DNA of 49,337 bases from an uncultured Methylomarinum sp. (GCA_964654345.1 CAZZIX010000001.1:1-49337), one strand, 5' to 3'. Positions 19,993 through 34,712 are shown, counted from the stretch's first letter. Notes: generated by a model not told the origin, from the sequence alone. A program made the numbers and translations.

Positions 19993-22900
19993 ATGTCCTA
20001 TTCTTTTACCGAAAAAAAACGTATTCGTAATAATTTTGGAAAAGGTACTGAAGTTTTAGAAGTACCCTATTTATTAGAAACCCAGATTCAATCATATGCC
20101 CGGTTTTTACAATCTGGCATAGAGCCAAAAAAGAGAATAGAAACTGGTTTGCATGGAGCATTTAGTAGCGTGTTTCCTATTGTGAGTCACTCAGGCTATG
20201 CTGTGCTTGAATATGTTAAGTATAGATTAGGTGAGCCTACTTTTGATGTAAAAGAATGTCAACAGCGTGGAGCAACTTATGCAGCTCCTTTGCGCGTTCT
20301 AGTCAGGTTGGTTATATATGATAAAGATGCGCCTGTATCCGCAAAAGTAGTTAAAGATATAAGAGAGCAAGAAGTTTATATGGGTGAGCTTCCTTTGATG
20401 ACAGATAATGGAACATTTGTTGTCAATGGAACAGAGCGAGTAATTGTCTCTCAATTACATAGGTCGCCAGGTGTTTTTTTCGATCATGATAAAGGTAAAA
20501 CGCATTCATCAGGAAAACTGTTATTTAATGCAAGAGTCATTCCTTATCGTGGATCGTGGTTAGATTTTGAATTTGATCACAAGGATGCAGTTTTCGTAAG
20601 AATAGACAGACGACGTAAAATCCCAGCGACAATCTTATTAAGGGCTTTAGGGTATGACAACGAAGAAATGATAAAGATGTTCTTCGAAACAAACCAATTT
20701 ACCTTAAGTGATGAAAATATCAAATATCATGTTATTCCTGAGCGTTTGCGAGGTGAAATGGCAGTATTTGATATCAAATATAATGATAAAGTGCTTGTTG
20801 AGGAAGGGCGAAGAGTAACAGCTAAACATATACGCACGATGTCTAAGGAAAAAGTGACAGAAATTGACGTGCCGAAAGAATATTTGTATGGAAAAGTTTT
20901 GGCTCACAATGTAGTTGACGAGGAAACAGGGGAGTTAATTGCAAATGTCAATGATGAAATTACCGAAGAATTGTTACAGAAATTATTGGATGCAAAAATA
21001 ACAGAGCTTAATGTTTTATATGTAAATGATTTGGATAGAGGACCATATATTTCAAATGCAATGAGTCTTGATGCGTCAACCAATAGATTGGAAGCATTGG
21101 TCGAAATATACAGGATGATGCGACCAGGTGAGCCACCTACAAAAGATTCTGCTGAAAATCTTTTTTCAAATTTGTTTTTTACTTCAGATCGATATGATTT
21201 GTCTGCAGTAGGAAGGATGAAATTTAATCGTCGATTGGGAAGAGGAGATACAGATGGAGAAGGTATTTTAAGTAAGGACGATATAATTGATGTTCTTAAA
21301 GAATTAATTGCAATTAGAAATGGCAATGGAACAGTTGATGATATTGATCATCTTGGTAATAGACGAGTTAGATCTGTTGGAGAAATGATCGAAAACCAAT
21401 TTCGTGTTGGCTTGGTTCGAGTGGAGCGTGCGGTAAGAGAAAGATTAACACTTGCAGATTCTGAAGGATATATGCCGCAGGAAATTATAAATGCCAAACC
21501 TGTTTCCGCCGCAATAAAAGAGTTTTTTGGTTCTAGCCAGTTGTCACAGTTTATGGACCAGAATAATCCTTTGTCTCAAGTTACACATAAACGACGTGTT
21601 TCTGCATTAGGGCCTGGTGGATTGGCGAGAGAGCGAGCAGGGTTTGAGGTTAGGGATGTACATACAACTCATTATGGTCGGGTTTGCCCCATTGAAACAC
21701 CTGAAGGGCCAAATATTGGTTTAATCAATTCCTTGTCAGTTTATGCGCGAACTAATTCATATGGTTTTTTAGAAACACCGTATAGAAAAGTAGAAAAAGG
21801 TGTTGTAACTGATCAAGTAGACTATTTGTCAGCGATTGAAGAAGGGAACTTCGTTATTGCACAGTCAAGTGTTGCAATTGATGAAAATGGTAAGTTGGTA
21901 GAAGGTTTAGTTTCTGCGAGGCATAAAGATGAGTTTACTTTAGCCTCGTCTGATACTGTGCAATATATGGATGTGTCCTCAAAACAGATCGTATCAGTTG
22001 CAGCCTCAATTATTCCATTTTTAGAGCATGATGATGCTAACCGTGCTTTGATGGGATCAAACATGCAGCGTCAAGCCGTCCCGACATTATTGGCTGAAAA
22101 GCCATTGGTTGGCACTGGGATGGAGCGCGTGGTAGCAAAAGACTCCGGCGTTACAGTTGTTGCTAAACGTGGTGGTATTATTGAAACTGTAGATGCAGCT
22201 CGAATTGTAGTAAAAGTTAATGATAGTGAAACAGTAGCCGGAATTCCTGGTGTTGATATCTATAATTTAACGAAATACACTCGTTCAAATCAAAATACTT
22301 GTATCAATCAAAAACCATTGGTTAGACCAGGCGATTTTGTAAATTCAGGTGATATATTGGCGGATGGTCCTTCAACAGATATTGGTGAATTGGCACTTGG
22401 GCAAAATATGTTAATTGCCTTTATGCCTTGGAATGGATATAACTTTGAAGATTCAATTTTAGTGTCTGAAAGAGTGGTTAGAGAAGATCGTTTTACCACA
22501 ATACATATTGAAGAAAAAACTTGTGTAGCAAGAGAAACGAAACATAGTTCAGAAGAAATCACTGCAGATATACCTAATGTTAGTGAAGAGGCGTTATCCA
22601 AACTTGATGAATCAGGCATTGTCTATGTAGGTGCCGAAGTTAAAGGTGGTGATATTCTGGTAGGAAAAGTGACTCCTAAGGGAGAAACTCAGCTTACACC
22701 TGAAGAAAAATTGTTGCGCGCAATATTTGGTGAGAAAGCCGCTGATGTAAAAGATACTTCACTTAGAGTGCCTGGTAGTGTTAGAGGAACTGTTATTGAT
22801 GTTCAAGTATTTACACGAGATGGTGTTGAAAAAGATAAACGCGCACTAGAAATAGAAGAAGAAGAAATAAAAAGACATAAAAAAGATTTAGATGATCAAC

Positions 22901-24063
22901 TAAAAATTATTGAAAAAGATATATTTAGCCGGGTGGCTGAGATGTTGATTGGACAATCTACGGCTGTAGGGTTAGGCGATCTTAAAAAAGGAACTGAGCT
23001 CACTCAGGAGCTTCTTGATGATTTGTTAAAGTCTGAGTGGCTAAAAATTAAAGTAAAAGATGAAGATGTGAATGTTCGATTAGAGACAGTGCTGGGTCAA
23101 ATTGAACAACAGCGTAAAGAGTTTGATGAAAGATTTGAGTCTAAACGCAAGAAAATCACGATGGGTGATGACTTGGCGCCAGGAGTTTTGAAAATGGTTA
23201 AAGTCTATTTAGCCGTTAAAAAACGTATCCAGCCAGGAGATAAAATGGCTGGTCGTCATGGAAATAAAGGTGTTATTTCCCAGATAGTCCCTATCGAAGA
23301 TATGCCTTATACGAAAGATGGTAATCCGGTAGATATTCTATTAAACCCTTTAGGTGTTCCATCTAGAATGAATGTTGGTCAAGTTCTTGAGACACATTTA
23401 GGTTGGGCGGCTAAAGGTTTAGGCATTAAGATAGGAAAAATGCTAGAAGCTCAGGCAAAAGTAGTAGAAATTCGGGGTTTTCTAGAAAAAATTTATAATA
23501 GTAGTGGCCAAAAAGAAGATCTTAATTCTTTTTCTGAAGATGAAATTATGGAAATGGCTGGCAATTTAGTTGGAGGTGTTCCTATGGCAACTCCTGTCTT
23601 CGATGGTGCTTCAGAGGAGGATATAAGAAGAATGCTTAGATTAGCTGACTTACCAGAGCACGGTCAAATAACCCTTTATGATGGATTAACAGGCGAACCA
23701 TTTGAGAGGGAAGTTACTGTAGGGTATATGTATATGTTGAAGCTAAATCATTTGGTCGATGATAAGATGCACGCTCGTTCGACGGGACCGTATAGTCTTG
23801 TTACTCAGCAACCATTAGGCGGAAAAGCTCAGTTTGGTGGTCAGCGTTTTGGAGAAATGGAAGTGTGGGCGCTTGAAGCTTATGGTGCTGCTTATACATT
23901 ACAGGAAATGTTGACAGTGAAATCCGATGATGTGACTGGGAGAACAAGAATGTATAAAAATATAGTTGATGGAAATCATTCAATGGATCCAGGTATGCCA
24001 GAATCATTTAACGTATTGATTAAAGAAATACGATCTTTAGCTGTAAATATTGAATTAGAGTAA
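19993..24063 (+). CDS. rpoB: DNA-directed RNA polymerase subunit beta
   Basis: 1356 aa, [17 protein letters not shown]..., with conserved blocks throughout, e.g. [10 protein letters not shown] and [21 protein letters not shown]. Confidence 0.99.
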   Translation: MSYSFTEKKRIRNNFGKGTEVLEVPYLLETQIQSYARFLQSGIEPKKRIETGLHGAFSSVFPIVSHSGYAVLEYVKYRLGEPTFDVKECQQRGATYAAPLRVLVRLVIYDKDAPVSAKVVKDIREQEVYMGELPLMTDNGTFVVNGTERVIVSQLHRSPGVFFDHDKGKTHSSGKLLFNARVIPYRGSWLDFEFDHKDAVFVRIDRRRKIPATILLRALGYDNEEMIKMFFETNQFTLSDENIKYHVIPERLRGEMAVFDIKYNDKVLVEEGRRVTAKHIRTMSKEKVTEIDVPKEYLYGKVLAHNVVDEETGELIANVNDEITEELLQKLLDAKITELNVLYVNDLDRGPYISNAMSLDASTNRLEALVEIYRMMRPGEPPTKDSAENLFSNLFFTSDRYDLSAVGRMKFNRRLGRGDTDGEGILSKDDIIDVLKELIAIRNGNGTVDDIDHLGNRRVRSVGEMIENQFRVGLVRVERAVRERLTLADSEGYMPQEIINAKPVSAAIKEFFGSSQLSQFMDQNNPLSQVTHKRRVSALGPGGLARERAGFEVRDVHTTHYGRVCPIETPEGPNIGLINSLSVYARTNSYGFLETPYRKVEKGVVTDQVDYLSAIEEGNFVIAQSSVAIDENGKLVEGLVSARHKDEFTLASSDTVQYMDVSSKQIVSVAASIIPFLEHDDANRALMGSNMQRQAVPTLLAEKPLVGTGMERVVAKDSGVTVVAKRGGIIETVDAARIVVKVNDSETVAGIPGVDIYNLTKYTRSNQNTCINQKPLVRPGDFVNSGDILADGPSTDIGELALGQNMLIAFMPWNGYNFEDSILVSERVVREDRFTTIHIEEKTCVARETKHSSEEITADIPNVSEEALSKLDESGIVYVGAEVKGGDILVGKVTPKGETQLTPEEKLLRAIFGEKAADVKDTSLRVPGSVRGTVIDVQVFTRDGVEKDKRALEIEEEEIKRHKKDLDDQLKIIEKDIFSRVAEMLIGQSTAVGLGDLKKGTELTQELLDDLLKSEWLKIKVKDEDVNVRLETVLGQIEQQRKEFDERFESKRKKITMGDDLAPGVLKMVKVYLAVKKRIQPGDKMAGRHGNKGVISQIVPIEDMPYTKDGNPVDILLNPLGVPSRMNVGQVLETHLGWAAKGLGIKIGKMLEAQAKVVEIRGFLEKIYNSSGQKEDLNSFSEDEIMEMAGNLVGGVPMATPVFDGASEEDIRRMLRLADLPEHGQITLYDGLTGEPFEREVTVGYMYMLKLNHLVDDKMHARSTGPYSLVTQQPLGGKAQFGGQRFGEMEVWALEAYGAAYTLQEMLTVKSDDVTGRTRMYKNIVDGNHSMDPGMPESFNVLIKEIRSLAVNIELE

Positions 24064-24162
24064 AAATTTTATGACAGTTATATTAAAAAGGGGCCAAATA
24101 TAATTGACTTTAAATGCATTGTTTAGCCAGCTACCCAAATATTAGATAAAGAGGACAAGCTC

Positions 24163-27100
24163 TTGAAAGATTTGATGAATTTTCTTAAGCGTCAAGGTCG
24201 TACGGACGATTTTGATTCCATACGTATTGGTTTGGCATCACCTGCCATGATTCGTTCATGGTCTTATGGTGAAGTTAAAAAACCTGAAACTATAAACTAC
24301 CGGACATTTAAACCAGAGCGAGATGGTTTATTTTGTGCGAAAATATTTGGCCCAGTAAGTGATTATGAGTGTCTTTGTGGCAAATATAAAAGGCTAAAGC
24401 ATCGTGGTGTTATCTGTGAAAAGTGTGGAGTAGAAGTTACTGTTTCCAAGGTAAGACGTGAAAGAATGGGGCATATTGATTTGGCAAGTCCTGTTGCGCA
24501 TATTTGGTTTCTAAAATCGCTGCCTTCAAGAATTGCATTATTACTAGATATGACTTTACGTGGAATTGAGCGTGTCTTGTATTTTGAATCTTTTGTCGTG
24601 TTAGATCCGGGTTTAACCACATTGGAAGCAGGTCAGTTGCTTACTGATGAAGAGTATCTTGAAGCTGTAGAAGAGCATGGCGATGAGTTTGATGCCAAAA
24701 TGGGGGCGGAGGCCGTTTTTGATCTTCTGAAATCAATAGATTTGAAAGAAGAAGTTAATACTCTTCGTGAAGAAATTAATTCAACAAATTCTGAAACAAA
24801 AATTAAAAAATTTTCTAAACGATTAAAAGTTATTGAATCGTTATTAGTATCAAGTAATCGTCCGGAATGGATGATTATGACTGTATTGCCTGTTCTACCT
24901 CCTGAATTAAGGCCGTTGGTTCCATTGGATGGTGGGCGCTTTGCAACTTCAGATCTAAATGATTTGTATCGTCGAGTGATTAATCGTAATAACCGGTTAA
25001 GAAGGCTTTTAGATTTAAATGCACCAGATATTATTGTGCGTAATGAAAAACGCATGCTACAGGAGTCGGTTGATGCGCTGTTAGACAATGGTCGTCGAGG
25101 AAGAGCGATTACGGGGACAAATAGAAGGCCTCTTAAGTCATTAGCAGATATGATTAAGGGGAAGCAGGGGCGTTTTAGGCAAAATTTATTAGGTAAACGT
25201 GTCGACTATTCTGGGCGGTCAGTGATTGTGGTTGGTCCTACACTTAAGTTGCATCAGTGTGGGTTGCCTAAGAAAATGGCATTAGAACTGTTCAAACCAT
25301 TTATTTTTAGTAAATTGCAGTATAGAGGTTTGGTAACGACTATAAAAGCTGCAAAGAAAATGGTAGAACGGGAGGGTACCGAAGTTTGGGGTATCTTAGA
25401 AGAAGTTATTCGTGAACATCCAATAATGCTGAATCGAGCGCCCACCTTACATAGATTAGGAATTCAAGCTTTTGAACCTACTTTGATTGAAGGCAAGGCC
25501 ATTCAGTTGCATCCATTAGTTTGTAGTGCGTTTAATGCGGACTTTGATGGTGATCAGATGGCTGTACATATACCGTTGTCAATTGAAGCCCAGCTTGAAG
25601 CAAGAATATTGATGATGGCTACAAATAATATTTTGTCGCCGGCAAATGGTGAGCCGGTTATTAATCCATCTCAGGATGTTGTATTAGGCTTATATTATAT
25701 GAGTCGAGAAAAGATTAATGCTAAAGGAGAGGGAAGTTTTTTTGTTGACATTAATGAGGTTAACAAGGCTTTAGATAGCAAGTCAGTTGAGCTTCAAAGT
25801 AAGATTAAGCTAAGAGTAACGGAAAAAATTAAAAGCGATTCAGGTGATTTTTATGATCGAGTAACACGTTACGAGACGACAGTTGGTCGAGCTCTGATTT
25901 GGGAAATTGTTCCTGATGGTATGCCTTTTGATATTGTTAATGCGGATATGACAAAAAAGAATATATCTAAATTAATTAATTATAGTTATCGGCATTTAGG
26001 TAATAAAGAAACAGTGATGCTGGCTGATCAGGTTATGTATCTAGGGTTTAAATTTGCAACGAAATCAGGTGTTTCATTTGGAATTGAAGATATGAAAATT
26101 CCTGAAAAAAAGAGTGACATTCTAGAAAAGGCAGAAACAGAAGTTCGAGAAATTCAAAGTCAATATTCTTCTGGTCTTGTTACTGATGGTGAGAGATACA
26201 ATAAAGTAGTTGATATTTGGTCTCATGCAAATGAACAAGTTGCTAACGTTATGATGGAAGGTTTAGGGGAAGAAGTAACCGTAAACTCAGCTGGTGAAAA
26301 GGTTAAGCAAAAATCATTTAATTCAGTTTTTATGATGGCTGAATCGGGAGCAAGGGGTTCGGCTGCACAAATTAGGCAATTAGCTGGTATGCGTGGATTG
26401 ATGGCAAAACCCGATGGTTCAATCATTGAAACACCAATTACTGCAAATTTTCGCGAGGGGTTAGATGTTCTTCAATACTTTATATCAACTCATGGAGCTC
26501 GAAAAGGCTTAGCTGATACAGCATTAAAAACTGCAAACTCTGGCTACCTAACACGTAGATTGGTAGATGTTGCGCAAGACTTAGTTGTATCTCACCTTGA
26601 TTGTGGGACAATCGAAGGTTTAACTATGACGCCGATTGTTGAGGGTGGTGATGTTGTTGAGTCTTTGGCAGAACGTGTTTTAGGGCGTGTAGTGATTAAT
26701 GATGTTTTGTCTCAAAAAGAAGAAGAGATCATTGTTCCTGCGGGAACAATGCTTGATGAAGCTATGGTTTCGATTCTTGAAGGAAATGGAATAGATAGAT
26801 TATTGGTGCGTTCTGTGATTACTTGTGAAGCACGGCAGGGTATTTGTGCAAAATGTTATGGGCGTGATTTGGGGCGTGGCCATATGATTAATATTGGTGA
26901 AGCTGTTGGCGTGGTTGCTGCTCAATCAATTGGAGAGCCAGGAACACAGCTAACAATGCGTACTTTTCATATTGGAGGGGCTGCATCAAGATCTGCTTCA
27001 ATAAGTAATGTGCAGGTTAAATCTAATGGTACGATAAGACTTAATAAATTAAAATCTGTAAAAAATAAAGATGGCCATCTAGTTGCAGTTTCCCGTTCGG

Positions 27101-28380
27101 GTGAAGTAGGAGTTGTGGATGAATATGGAAGAGAGCGTGAGCGTTATAAAATTCCATATGGAGCAGTACTTACAGTTGATGAGGGTGGAGCTGTTGAGAC
27201 GGGAGACGTTATAGTAAATTGGGATCCTCATACACACCCAGTTGTAACAGAAGTAAATGGTTATGTTCAGTTAATTGATTTTGTTGATGGTGTTACTGTA
27301 CAAGAACAAACTGATGATATTACGGGATTAACTTCTAGGGTAGTTACTGATCCTAAGCAGAGAAGTGCAGTGGGTAAAGAGTTAAGGCCAATGGTTAGGC
27401 TTGTTGATGATAACGGAGATGGAATTAATCTGCCAAACACTGAAATTCCTGCTCAATATTTCTTGCCAACTGGAGCAATTGCTGGAATAAAAGATGGTAG
27501 TGAAGTATTAGTTGGAGATGTTCTGGCAAGAATACCTCAAGAATCAAGTAAAACGAGAGATATTACAGGAGGACTACCTCGAGTTGCAGATCTATTTGAA
27601 GCTCGTAAGACAAAAGATCCTGCAATACTAGCTGAGGCAACAGGAGCTATATCTTTTGGTAAAGAAACAAAAGGTAAGCAGAGAATCGTAATTACGGATT
27701 CTGAGGGTGAGCAGTTTGAAACGCTTATTCCAAAATGGAGGCATATTACTGTATTTGAAGGTGAATTTGTAGAAAAAGGTGAGACTATCGCGGAAGGAGA
27801 GTTGACGCCGCATGATATTTTAAGGTTACGAGGTGTTGAGGAATTAGCAGATTATTTGGTTAAAGAGATTCAAGATGTATATCGTCTTCAAGGCGTGGGA
27901 ATTAATGATAAACATATTGAAGCTATCATCAGGCAAATGTTACGTAAAGTTGACATTACAGCTTCGGGTGAAACTGATTTTGTTAAAGGAGAGCAGGTTG
28001 AAAGAGTTTTCGTTAATGAAGTAAATAACCAAATGGAAAAAGATGGTAAAATTCCTGCAAGCTATGATCCGGTTCTTTTAGGGATAACAAAAGCATCTCT
28101 TGCAACAGAGTCATTTATTTCGGCTGCTTCATTTCAAGAAACAACGCGCGTATTAACTGATGCTGCAGTTCGGGGTATTAGTGATGGCTTGAATGGGTTA
28201 AAGGAAAATGTGATTGTAGGAAGGCTAATTCCAGCAGGAACAGGGCTAGCCTATCATGAGCATCGTAGATCAAAAAAGGAAGAAAATTTAGTAGTAGACT
28301 TGTCCGCAGAGCTAAGTTCCGTAGCTGATAATGATGATGTTGAAGAAGCTTTAAAGCGAGCTTTAAATACAGAAGAATAG
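24163..28380 (+). CDS. rpoC: DNA-directed RNA polymerase subunit beta'
   Basis: TTG start after agagga. MKDLMNFLK..., zinc-binding [23 protein letters not shown], and catalytic NADFDGDQM. Confidence 0.99.
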   Translation: MKDLMNFLKRQGRTDDFDSIRIGLASPAMIRSWSYGEVKKPETINYRTFKPERDGLFCAKIFGPVSDYECLCGKYKRLKHRGVICEKCGVEVTVSKVRRERMGHIDLASPVAHIWFLKSLPSRIALLLDMTLRGIERVLYFESFVVLDPGLTTLEAGQLLTDEEYLEAVEEHGDEFDAKMGAEAVFDLLKSIDLKEEVNTLREEINSTNSETKIKKFSKRLKVIESLLVSSNRPEWMIMTVLPVLPPELRPLVPLDGGRFATSDLNDLYRRVINRNNRLRRLLDLNAPDIIVRNEKRMLQESVDALLDNGRRGRAITGTNRRPLKSLADMIKGKQGRFRQNLLGKRVDYSGRSVIVVGPTLKLHQCGLPKKMALELFKPFIFSKLQYRGLVTTIKAAKKMVEREGTEVWGILEEVIREHPIMLNRAPTLHRLGIQAFEPTLIEGKAIQLHPLVCSAFNADFDGDQMAVHIPLSIEAQLEARILMMATNNILSPANGEPVINPSQDVVLGLYYMSREKINAKGEGSFFVDINEVNKALDSKSVELQSKIKLRVTEKIKSDSGDFYDRVTRYETTVGRALIWEIVPDGMPFDIVNADMTKKNISKLINYSYRHLGNKETVMLADQVMYLGFKFATKSGVSFGIEDMKIPEKKSDILEKAETEVREIQSQYSSGLVTDGERYNKVVDIWSHANEQVANVMMEGLGEEVTVNSAGEKVKQKSFNSVFMMAESGARGSAAQIRQLAGMRGLMAKPDGSIIETPITANFREGLDVLQYFISTHGARKGLADTALKTANSGYLTRRLVDVAQDLVVSHLDCGTIEGLTMTPIVEGGDVVESLAERVLGRVVINDVLSQKEEEIIVPAGTMLDEAMVSILEGNGIDRLLVRSVITCEARQGICAKCYGRDLGRGHMINIGEAVGVVAAQSIGEPGTQLTMRTFHIGGAASRSASISNVQVKSNGTIRLNKLKSVKNKDGHLVAVSRSGEVGVVDEYGRERERYKIPYGAVLTVDEGGAVETGDVIVNWDPHTHPVVTEVNGYVQLIDFVDGVTVQEQTDDITGLTSRVVTDPKQRSAVGKELRPMVRLVDDNGDGINLPNTEIPAQYFLPTGAIAGIKDGSEVLVGDVLARIPQESSKTRDITGGLPRVADLFEARKTKDPAILAEATGAISFGKETKGKQRIVITDSEGEQFETLIPKWRHITVFEGEFVEKGETIAEGELTPHDILRLRGVEELADYLVKEIQDVYRLQGVGINDKHIEAIIRQMLRKVDITASGETDFVKGEQVERVFVNEVNNQMEKDGKIPASYDPVLLGITKASLATESFISAASFQETTRVLTDAAVRGISDGLNGLKENVIVGRLIPAGTGLAYHEHRRSKKEENLVVDLSAELSSVADNDDVEEALKRALNTEE

Positions 28381-28390
28381 ATAAAAAAAC

Positions 28391-28420
28391 TTGACCTTGT
28401 TGGCATTTGAATTGTATAAT
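28391..28420 (+). promoter_or_regulatory. Putative str-operon promoter
   Basis: TTGACC-N18-TATAAT, 11 nt after the rpoC stop. Confidence 0.4.
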
Positions 28421-28467
28421 CTACGGCTAACATAAGTTAAGGGTTTGAAAGCAGTTAGTAGTGTTTT

Positions 28468-28506
28468 AAGAGCCGCAGTACATTGTTTGTATGGCGGTTC
28501 TTTTAT
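28468..28506 (+). terminator. Terminator-like hairpin in the rpoC-rpsL spacer
   Basis: aagagccgc ... gcggttctt (9 bp with one G-U pair, structured loop) followed by ttatt. It lies downstream of the promoter-like site, so it may be a leaky rpoC terminator or an rpsL leader attenuator. Confidence 0.35.
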
Positions 28507-28546
28507 TGTATGGCAATTAAAATTTGTATACCGGAGTAGATAATTT

Positions 28547-28921
28547 ATGGCAACGATCAGCCAATTGGTTCGTAAGCCTCGTGCTAAGAAAATAGATAAG
28601 AGTAAGGTGCCTGCTTTGAAAGCATGTCCTCAGAGGCGAGGAGTTTGTACGCGCGTTTATACTACGACCCCAAAGAAACCAAACTCAGCAATGCGTAAAG
28701 TAGCAAGGGTGAGGTTGACGAGTGGATATGAAGTAAGTAGTTATATTGGTGGTGAAGGGCATAATTTGCAAGAACACTCTGTTGTATTAATAAGAGGTGG
28801 TCGTGTAAAAGATTTGCCAGGTGTTCGTTATCATGTTGTTCGTGGAAGTCTAGACACTTCGGGTGTTGATGGCAGGAAGGCGGGTCGTTCAAAATACGGC
28901 ACAAAGAAGCCTAAAGCATAA
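28547..28921 (+). CDS. rpsL: 30S ribosomal protein S12
   Basis: [12 protein letters not shown]...[17 protein letters not shown]. Confidence 0.98.
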   Translation: MATISQLVRKPRAKKIDKSKVPALKACPQRRGVCTRVYTTTPKKPNSAMRKVARVRLTSGYEVSSYIGGEGHNLQEHSVVLIRGGRVKDLPGVRYHVVRGSLDTSGVDGRKAGRSKYGTKKPKA

Positions 28922-28929
28922 GGAGTTAA

Positions 28930-29403
<474 letters not shown>

Positions 29404-29430
29404 TTCCAGGAATTAATTAAAAGGTTTGTT

Positions 29431-31527
29431 GTGTCGCGAAAAACACCTATTGATCAATATAGAAATATAGGAATAATGGCTCATATTGATGCAGGAAAAA
29501 CGACAACAACAGAGAGAATATTATTTTATACGGGAGTATCCCACAAAATAGGTGAGGTTCATGATGGTGCTGCAACCATGGACTGGATGGAGCAAGAGCA
29601 AGAGAGAGGGATAACAATTACTTCTGCAACAACAACTTGTTTTTGGAGTGGGATGGAGAAGCAATTCTCTCCCCATCGTATCAATATAATTGATACGCCA
29701 GGGCATGTTGATTTTACTATAGAAGTTGAGCGTTCTTTACGTGTTTTAGATGGGGTTTGTGCTGTTTTTTGTGCGGTTGGTGGTGTAGAGCCTCAGTCAG
29801 AAACCGTGTGGAAGCAGGCGAATAAATATAAAGTGCCAAGAGTTGTTTTTGTTAACAAGATGGATCGTATAGGTGCTGATTTTTTTCGTGTAATAGATCA
29901 GATAGAAGGTCGTCTGGGAGCGGTTCCTGTGATTATGCAGATACCAATAGGGGCGGAAGATGGTTTTAAAGGGGTTGTGGATCTCGTTAAAATGAAAGCA
30001 ATATATTGGGAAAAAGAAAATCAAGGGATGGAGTTTAAAGTAGATGATATTCCTGATGATTTGGTTGCTCTTTCTGAGGAATGGCGGGAGAGAATGGTTG
30101 AGGTTGCGGCTGTTGCAAATGATGGTCTTTTGGAAAAGTATCTGGATAAAGGTGTGCTTTCAAATTCAGAAATATTAGCAGGAGTGCGTTCGCAAACTTT
30201 GGAAAACAAGTTGGTTCCAGCTTTTTGTGGGTCAGCTTTTAAAAACAAAGGTGTTCAGAGTTTATTGGATGCTGTGATTAATTTTTTGCCCGCCCCAACT
30301 GATGTTGAAGCTATAAAAGGAATGGTTGGCTCTGAAGATAAAATAGAACAAAGAGAGGCAAGTGATAAACAGCCTTTTTCAGCATTAGCTTTTAAAATTG
30401 TTACAGATCCATTTGTTGGGTCTTTAACATTCTTTAGAGTTTATTCTGGAGTTCTAAAGACTGGAGATGTCATATTTAATCCTGTTAAAGCGAGAAAGGA
30501 GCGAATAGGTCGATTGGTTCAGTTGCACTCGAATAGCCGAGAAGAAGTAAAGGAAGTTAGGGCGGGTGATATAGCTGCCGCTGTAGGGTTAAAGGATGTA
30601 ACGACAGGAGATACTCTCTGTGATTTAAAAGCAGTAATAACGCTAGAGAAAATTGAATTTCCTGAGCCAGTAATATCGGTTGCGGTTGAGCCAAAAACAT
30701 TAGCTGATCAAGATAAAATGTTGTTGGCTTTAAATAAGTTAACTCGCGAGGATCCGTCATTTAGAACTTTAATAGACGATGAGTCAGGGCAAACAATAAT
30801 TTCAGGCATGGGTGAGTTGCATTTGGAAATTATTGTTGACCGGCTGCGAAGAGAGTTTCAGGTGCAGGCTAATGTTGGGGAGCCGCAAGTTGCATACAGA
30901 GAGACTATTAAAAATAGTGTTGAATGTGAAGGTGAATTTATAAGAGAAACTGAAGGTCGCGGTCAGTATGGCCATGTTTTTCTAAGAATCGAACCGCTAG
31001 AGCAAGGAAGTGGATATATATTTGTTAATGATGTTGTTGAGGGGCTGATACCAAAGGAGTTTGTTCCGGCAGTTGATGATGGAATTCAAGAGCAGATGGA
31101 AAATGGTGTTGTTGCCGGTTTTCCAGTTGTTGATGTAAAAGTTAGTTTGTTCGATGGTTCGTATCATGATGTCGATTCGAATGAAATGGCTTTCAAAATA
31201 GCAGGGTCTATTGGCTTCAGGGATGGGGCGAAAGCTGCAAATCCTGTATTACTTGAGCCTGTAATGAAGGTTGAAGTGGTAACTCCACAGGATTATCTGG
31301 GGGATGTTGTAGGTGATGTAAATAGACGTCGCGGTATAGTCCTAGGGATGGATGATTCACAGGCGGGAACTGCAGTTGATTGCGAGGTTCCACTGGCTGA
31401 AATGTTTGGTTATGCAACTGATTTACGTTCTATGACACAAGGACGAGCAACTTACAGTATGCAGTTTGAAAAATATAGTGAAACACCTGCTAGTATTGCG
31501 GAAGCTATTATTAGTAAAGTTTCTTAA
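29431..31527 (+). CDS. fusA: Elongation factor G
   Basis: GTG start. [20 protein letters not shown] and DTPGHVDF. 698 aa. Confidence 0.98.
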   Translation: MSRKTPIDQYRNIGIMAHIDAGKTTTTERILFYTGVSHKIGEVHDGAATMDWMEQEQERGITITSATTTCFWSGMEKQFSPHRINIIDTPGHVDFTIEVERSLRVLDGVCAVFCAVGGVEPQSETVWKQANKYKVPRVVFVNKMDRIGADFFRVIDQIEGRLGAVPVIMQIPIGAEDGFKGVVDLVKMKAIYWEKENQGMEFKVDDIPDDLVALSEEWRERMVEVAAVANDGLLEKYLDKGVLSNSEILAGVRSQTLENKLVPAFCGSAFKNKGVQSLLDAVINFLPAPTDVEAIKGMVGSEDKIEQREASDKQPFSALAFKIVTDPFVGSLTFFRVYSGVLKTGDVIFNPVKARKERIGRLVQLHSNSREEVKEVRAGDIAAAVGLKDVTTGDTLCDLKAVITLEKIEFPEPVISVAVEPKTLADQDKMLLALNKLTREDPSFRTLIDDESGQTIISGMGELHLEIIVDRLRREFQVQANVGEPQVAYRETIKNSVECEGEFIRETEGRGQYGHVFLRIEPLEQGSGYIFVNDVVEGLIPKEFVPAVDDGIQEQMENGVVAGFPVVDVKVSLFDGSYHDVDSNEMAFKIAGSIGFRDGAKAANPVLLEPVMKVEVVTPQDYLGDVVGDVNRRRGIVLGMDDSQAGTAVDCEVPLAEMFGYATDLRSMTQGRATYSMQFEKYSETPASIAEAIISKVS

Positions 31528-31552
31528 AAGTAAAAAATATAGGTATTGACTC

Positions 31553-32743
31553 ATGGCAAAAGAAAAATTTGAAAGAAATAAACCACATGTTAATGTTGGG
31601 ACTATCGGGCATGTTGATCACGGAAAAACAACGCTAACAGCTGCTTTAACTAAGGTTATGGCTGAGGCGATGGGTGGTGAGGCGAAAGCCTTTGATGAAA
31701 TTGATAATGCACCTGAAGAGCGTGAGCGTGGCATTACAATTGCAACATCGCATGTAGAATACGAATCAGAAGCACGTCATTATGCTCATGTAGACTGTCC
31801 GGGTCATGCGGATTACGTCAAAAATATGATTACTGGTGCTGCTCAGATGGATGGGGCTATTTTGGTGTGTTCTGCTGCCGATGGGCCTATGCCACAAACA
31901 AGAGAGCATATATTATTATCTAGGCAGGTTGGCGTTCCATATATTGTTGTATTCTTAAATAAAGCAGACATGGTGGATGATGATGAACTTGTAGAGTTAG
32001 TTGAAATGGAAGTTCGTGAATTGTTGGATGCATATGAATTTCCTGGTGATGATACACCAATTATTGTAGGTTCTGCTTTAAAGGCATTGGAAGGCGATAC
32101 TAGTGATATAGGTGTGCCGGCAGTTCGAAAACTAGTTGATGCGTTAGATACTTATATTCCATTGCCTGAGCGCGCAGTTGATGGGGCGTTCTTGTTGCCA
32201 ATAGAAGATGTTTTTTCAATTTCTGGACGCGGTACAGTCGTAACTGGGCGTGTAGAACGTGGAGTTGTTAAAGTAGGTGAGGAATTAGATATAGTAGGGA
32301 TTAAAGATACTACAAAAACAACTTGTACGGGCGTGGAAATGTTCCGTAAATTGCTAGATCAAGGTGAGGCTGGTGATAACGTAGGCGTGTTATTACGTGG
32401 TACAAAACGAGAAGAAGTTGAGAGAGGGCAAGTGTTGGCACATCCAGGGTCAATAAACCCCCATTCAAAATTTAAAGCTGAAATTTATGTTTTAAGTAAA
32501 GATGAAGGTGGGCGTCACACTCCGTTTTTTGATGGATATAGGCCTCAGTTTTACTTTAGAACAACTGATATAACAGGGGCAGTTAAGTTAGATGAAGGGG
32601 TTGAAATGGTTATGCCTGGTGATAACGTGACTGTTGAAGTTACTCTGATTAATCCAATTGCTATGGATGATGGTTTACGCTTTGCAGTACGAGAAGGTGG
32701 GCGCACAGTAGGTGCGGGTGTTGTTGTTTCAATTATTGAGTGA
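31553..32743 (+). CDS. tuf: Elongation factor Tu
   Basis: [45 protein letters not shown]. Confidence 0.99.
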   Translation: MAKEKFERNKPHVNVGTIGHVDHGKTTLTAALTKVMAEAMGGEAKAFDEIDNAPEERERGITIATSHVEYESEARHYAHVDCPGHADYVKNMITGAAQMDGAILVCSAADGPMPQTREHILLSRQVGVPYIVVFLNKADMVDDDELVELVEMEVRELLDAYEFPGDDTPIIVGSALKALEGDTSDIGVPAVRKLVDALDTYIPLPERAVDGAFLLPIEDVFSISGRGTVVTGRVERGVVKVGEELDIVGIKDTTKTTCTGVEMFRKLLDQGEAGDNVGVLLRGTKREEVERGQVLAHPGSINPHSKFKAEIYVLSKDEGGRHTPFFDGYRPQFYFRTTDITGAVKLDEGVEMVMPGDNVTVEVTLINPIAMDDGLRFAVREGGRTVGAGVVVSIIE

Positions 32744-32748
32744 TATAA

Positions 32749-33060
32749 ATGTCTAATCAAACTATCAGGATTTGCTTGAAGTCTTTTGATCATAAATTAA
32801 TAGATCAATCGTCTGGTGAGATAGTAGAGACAGCAAAAAGAACGGGAGCTCAAGTAATGGGTCCTATTCCACTGCCTACTAAAAAAGAGCGTTTTACAAT
32901 ATTGATCTCTCCTCATGTTAATAAAGATGCAAGAGATCAATATGAACTGAGGACCTATAAGAGGTTGTTAGATATTGTTGAACCAACCGATAAAACAGTA
33001 GATGCATTGATGAAATTAGATCTTGCTGCTGGCGTTGATGTTCAAATTAAGCTTAAATAA
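32749..33060 (+). CDS. rpsJ: 30S ribosomal protein S10
   Basis: [21 protein letters not shown]. Starts only 5 nt after the tuf stop. Confidence 0.98.
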   Translation: MSNQTIRICLKSFDHKLIDQSSGEIVETAKRTGAQVMGPIPLPTKKERFTILISPHVNKDARDQYELRTYKRLLDIVEPTDKTVDALMKLDLAAGVDVQIKLK

Positions 33061-33103
33061 TAATGCTCTTTTAGGGTGTTTGTTTGATACGAGGAATTGA
33101 CAA

Positions 33104-33754
33104 ATGTCAATAGGACTTATTGGTCGTAAATGTGGTATGACCCGGATTTTTTCAGAAGATGGCTCATCTGTGCCCGTTACAGTTTTAGAAGTTGGTACAA
33201 ACAAGGTTGTGCAGGTTAAAAGCCTTGATACAGATGGTTACCGAGCAATACAAGTTGCTGTTGGGGATAAAAAGTCATCAAAAGTTAATAAGGCTCTTGC
33301 AGGTCATTATGCTGGAGCCAATGTTACAGCTGGTCGGAAGTTATTTGAATTTAGATTAGATGACGGTGAGGGTGAGGAATTGGTGTCTGGTTCTGTTATT
33401 GGATTGGATTTGTTCACTGAGGGCGAGGTAGTTGATGCCAGTGGGGTATCAATTGGTAAGGGCTTTGCTGGTGGTATAAAAAGACATCATTTTGGAATGC
33501 AGGATGCAACACATGGAAACTCAATATCCCATCGATCAAATGGTTCAATTGGTATGTGTCAAACCCCAGGTCGGGTATTTAAAGGAAAAAAAATGTCTGG
33601 TCATTTGGGTGCTGTTAAAAGAACTGTACAAAACCTGACGATCCATTCAATAGATACTGAAAGAAACTTAATATTGGTCACTGGGGCAGTGCCTGGTTCT
33701 AAAGGAGGTGATGTAGTTATCACTCCTGCTGTGAAAATGAGAAATAAAGGTTAA
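33104..33754 (+). CDS. rplC: 50S ribosomal protein L3
   Basis: [16 protein letters not shown]. Confidence 0.98.
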   Translation: MSIGLIGRKCGMTRIFSEDGSSVPVTVLEVGTNKVVQVKSLDTDGYRAIQVAVGDKKSSKVNKALAGHYAGANVTAGRKLFEFRLDDGEGEELVSGSVIGLDLFTEGEVVDASGVSIGKGFAGGIKRHHFGMQDATHGNSISHRSNGSIGMCQTPGRVFKGKKMSGHLGAVKRTVQNLTIHSIDTERNLILVTGAVPGSKGGDVVITPAVKMRNKG

Positions 33755-33762
33755 AAGACACT

Positions 33763-34383
33763 ATGACTTTACAAATACCTGCAATATCGGGTCAGGATTC
33801 AGCGAAAGCAATTGATGTGACTGAGAAAGTTTTTGGACAAAGTTTTAATGAAACTTTAGTGCATCAGCTCGTTGTTAGGCATCTTGCGGGGGCACGTGCT
33901 GGCACAAAAGCACATAAAAATCGTTCGGCAGTTAGAGGTGGTGGTGCGAAGCCTTGGCGACAGAAAGGCACTGGACGAGCAAGAGCTGGGACAATAAGGA
34001 GTCCACTCTGGCGTTCGGGTGGTGTAACTTTTGCTGCACAACCAAGAATATTTGAGCAAAAAATAAATAAAAAAATGTATAAAGTAGGGGTTTGCTCTAT
34101 CCTTTCAGAATTACTACGGCAAGATAGAATAGTTGTAAGCAATGAATTTATGCCTACAACACCCAAGACTAAAGAGCTGGCCATTAAACTAACAGATGTT
34201 GATGCTAAGAGAATAGTGATAGTGGCTGAAATATTAACAGATAACTTAATTCTAGCATCTAGAAACATTCCCTATGTTGATGTTTCAACTGTTGATGGGT
34301 TAAATCCTGTTATGTTAGTTAATGCAGACAAAGTGATAGCATCGGAGTCCGTAGTTAGGCAAATTGAAGAGCGATTGGCATGA
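33763..34383 (+). CDS. rplD: 50S ribosomal protein L4
   Basis: RGGGAKPWRQKGTGRARAGTIRSPLWRSGG. Confidence 0.97.
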   Translation: MTLQIPAISGQDSAKAIDVTEKVFGQSFNETLVHQLVVRHLAGARAGTKAHKNRSAVRGGGAKPWRQKGTGRARAGTIRSPLWRSGGVTFAAQPRIFEQKINKKMYKVGVCSILSELLRQDRIVVSNEFMPTTPKTKELAIKLTDVDAKRIVIVAEILTDNLILASRNIPYVDVSTVDGLNPVMLVNADKVIASESVVRQIEERLA

Positions 34384-34679
34384 GTATAAAAAAAAATAAT
34401 TTAGAAAATATCTTGTTGTCACCAATAGTATCTGAAAAAAGTACGATTGCTGCTGAAGATAACAATAGATTTGTATTTAAAGTTCAAAAAGTTTCTACTA
34501 AACTAGAAATAAAAAAAGCAGTTGAAACGATGTTTGATGTTAAGGTTGATTCGGTTCAAGTGTTAAACGTGAAAGGTAAAGTAAAGCGTTTTGGACGTTC
34601 ATTAGGAAAAAGATCTGACTGGAAGAAGGCTTATGTTAAGCTTAAGTCTGGCCATGATATTGATTTTGCATCAGCATAA
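34380..34679 (+). CDS. rplW: 50S ribosomal protein L23
   Basis: 4-nt overlap with rplD. LLSPIVSEKST...FKV....K.EIKKAVE. Confidence 0.95.
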   Translation: MSIKKNNLENILLSPIVSEKSTIAAEDNNRFVFKVQKVSTKLEIKKAVETMFDVKVDSVQVLNVKGKVKRFGRSLGKRSDWKKAYVKLKSGHDIDFASA

Positions 34680-34712
34680 GAAAATTCCAGCATTTTAAAA
34701 CGGTAGTAAAGA

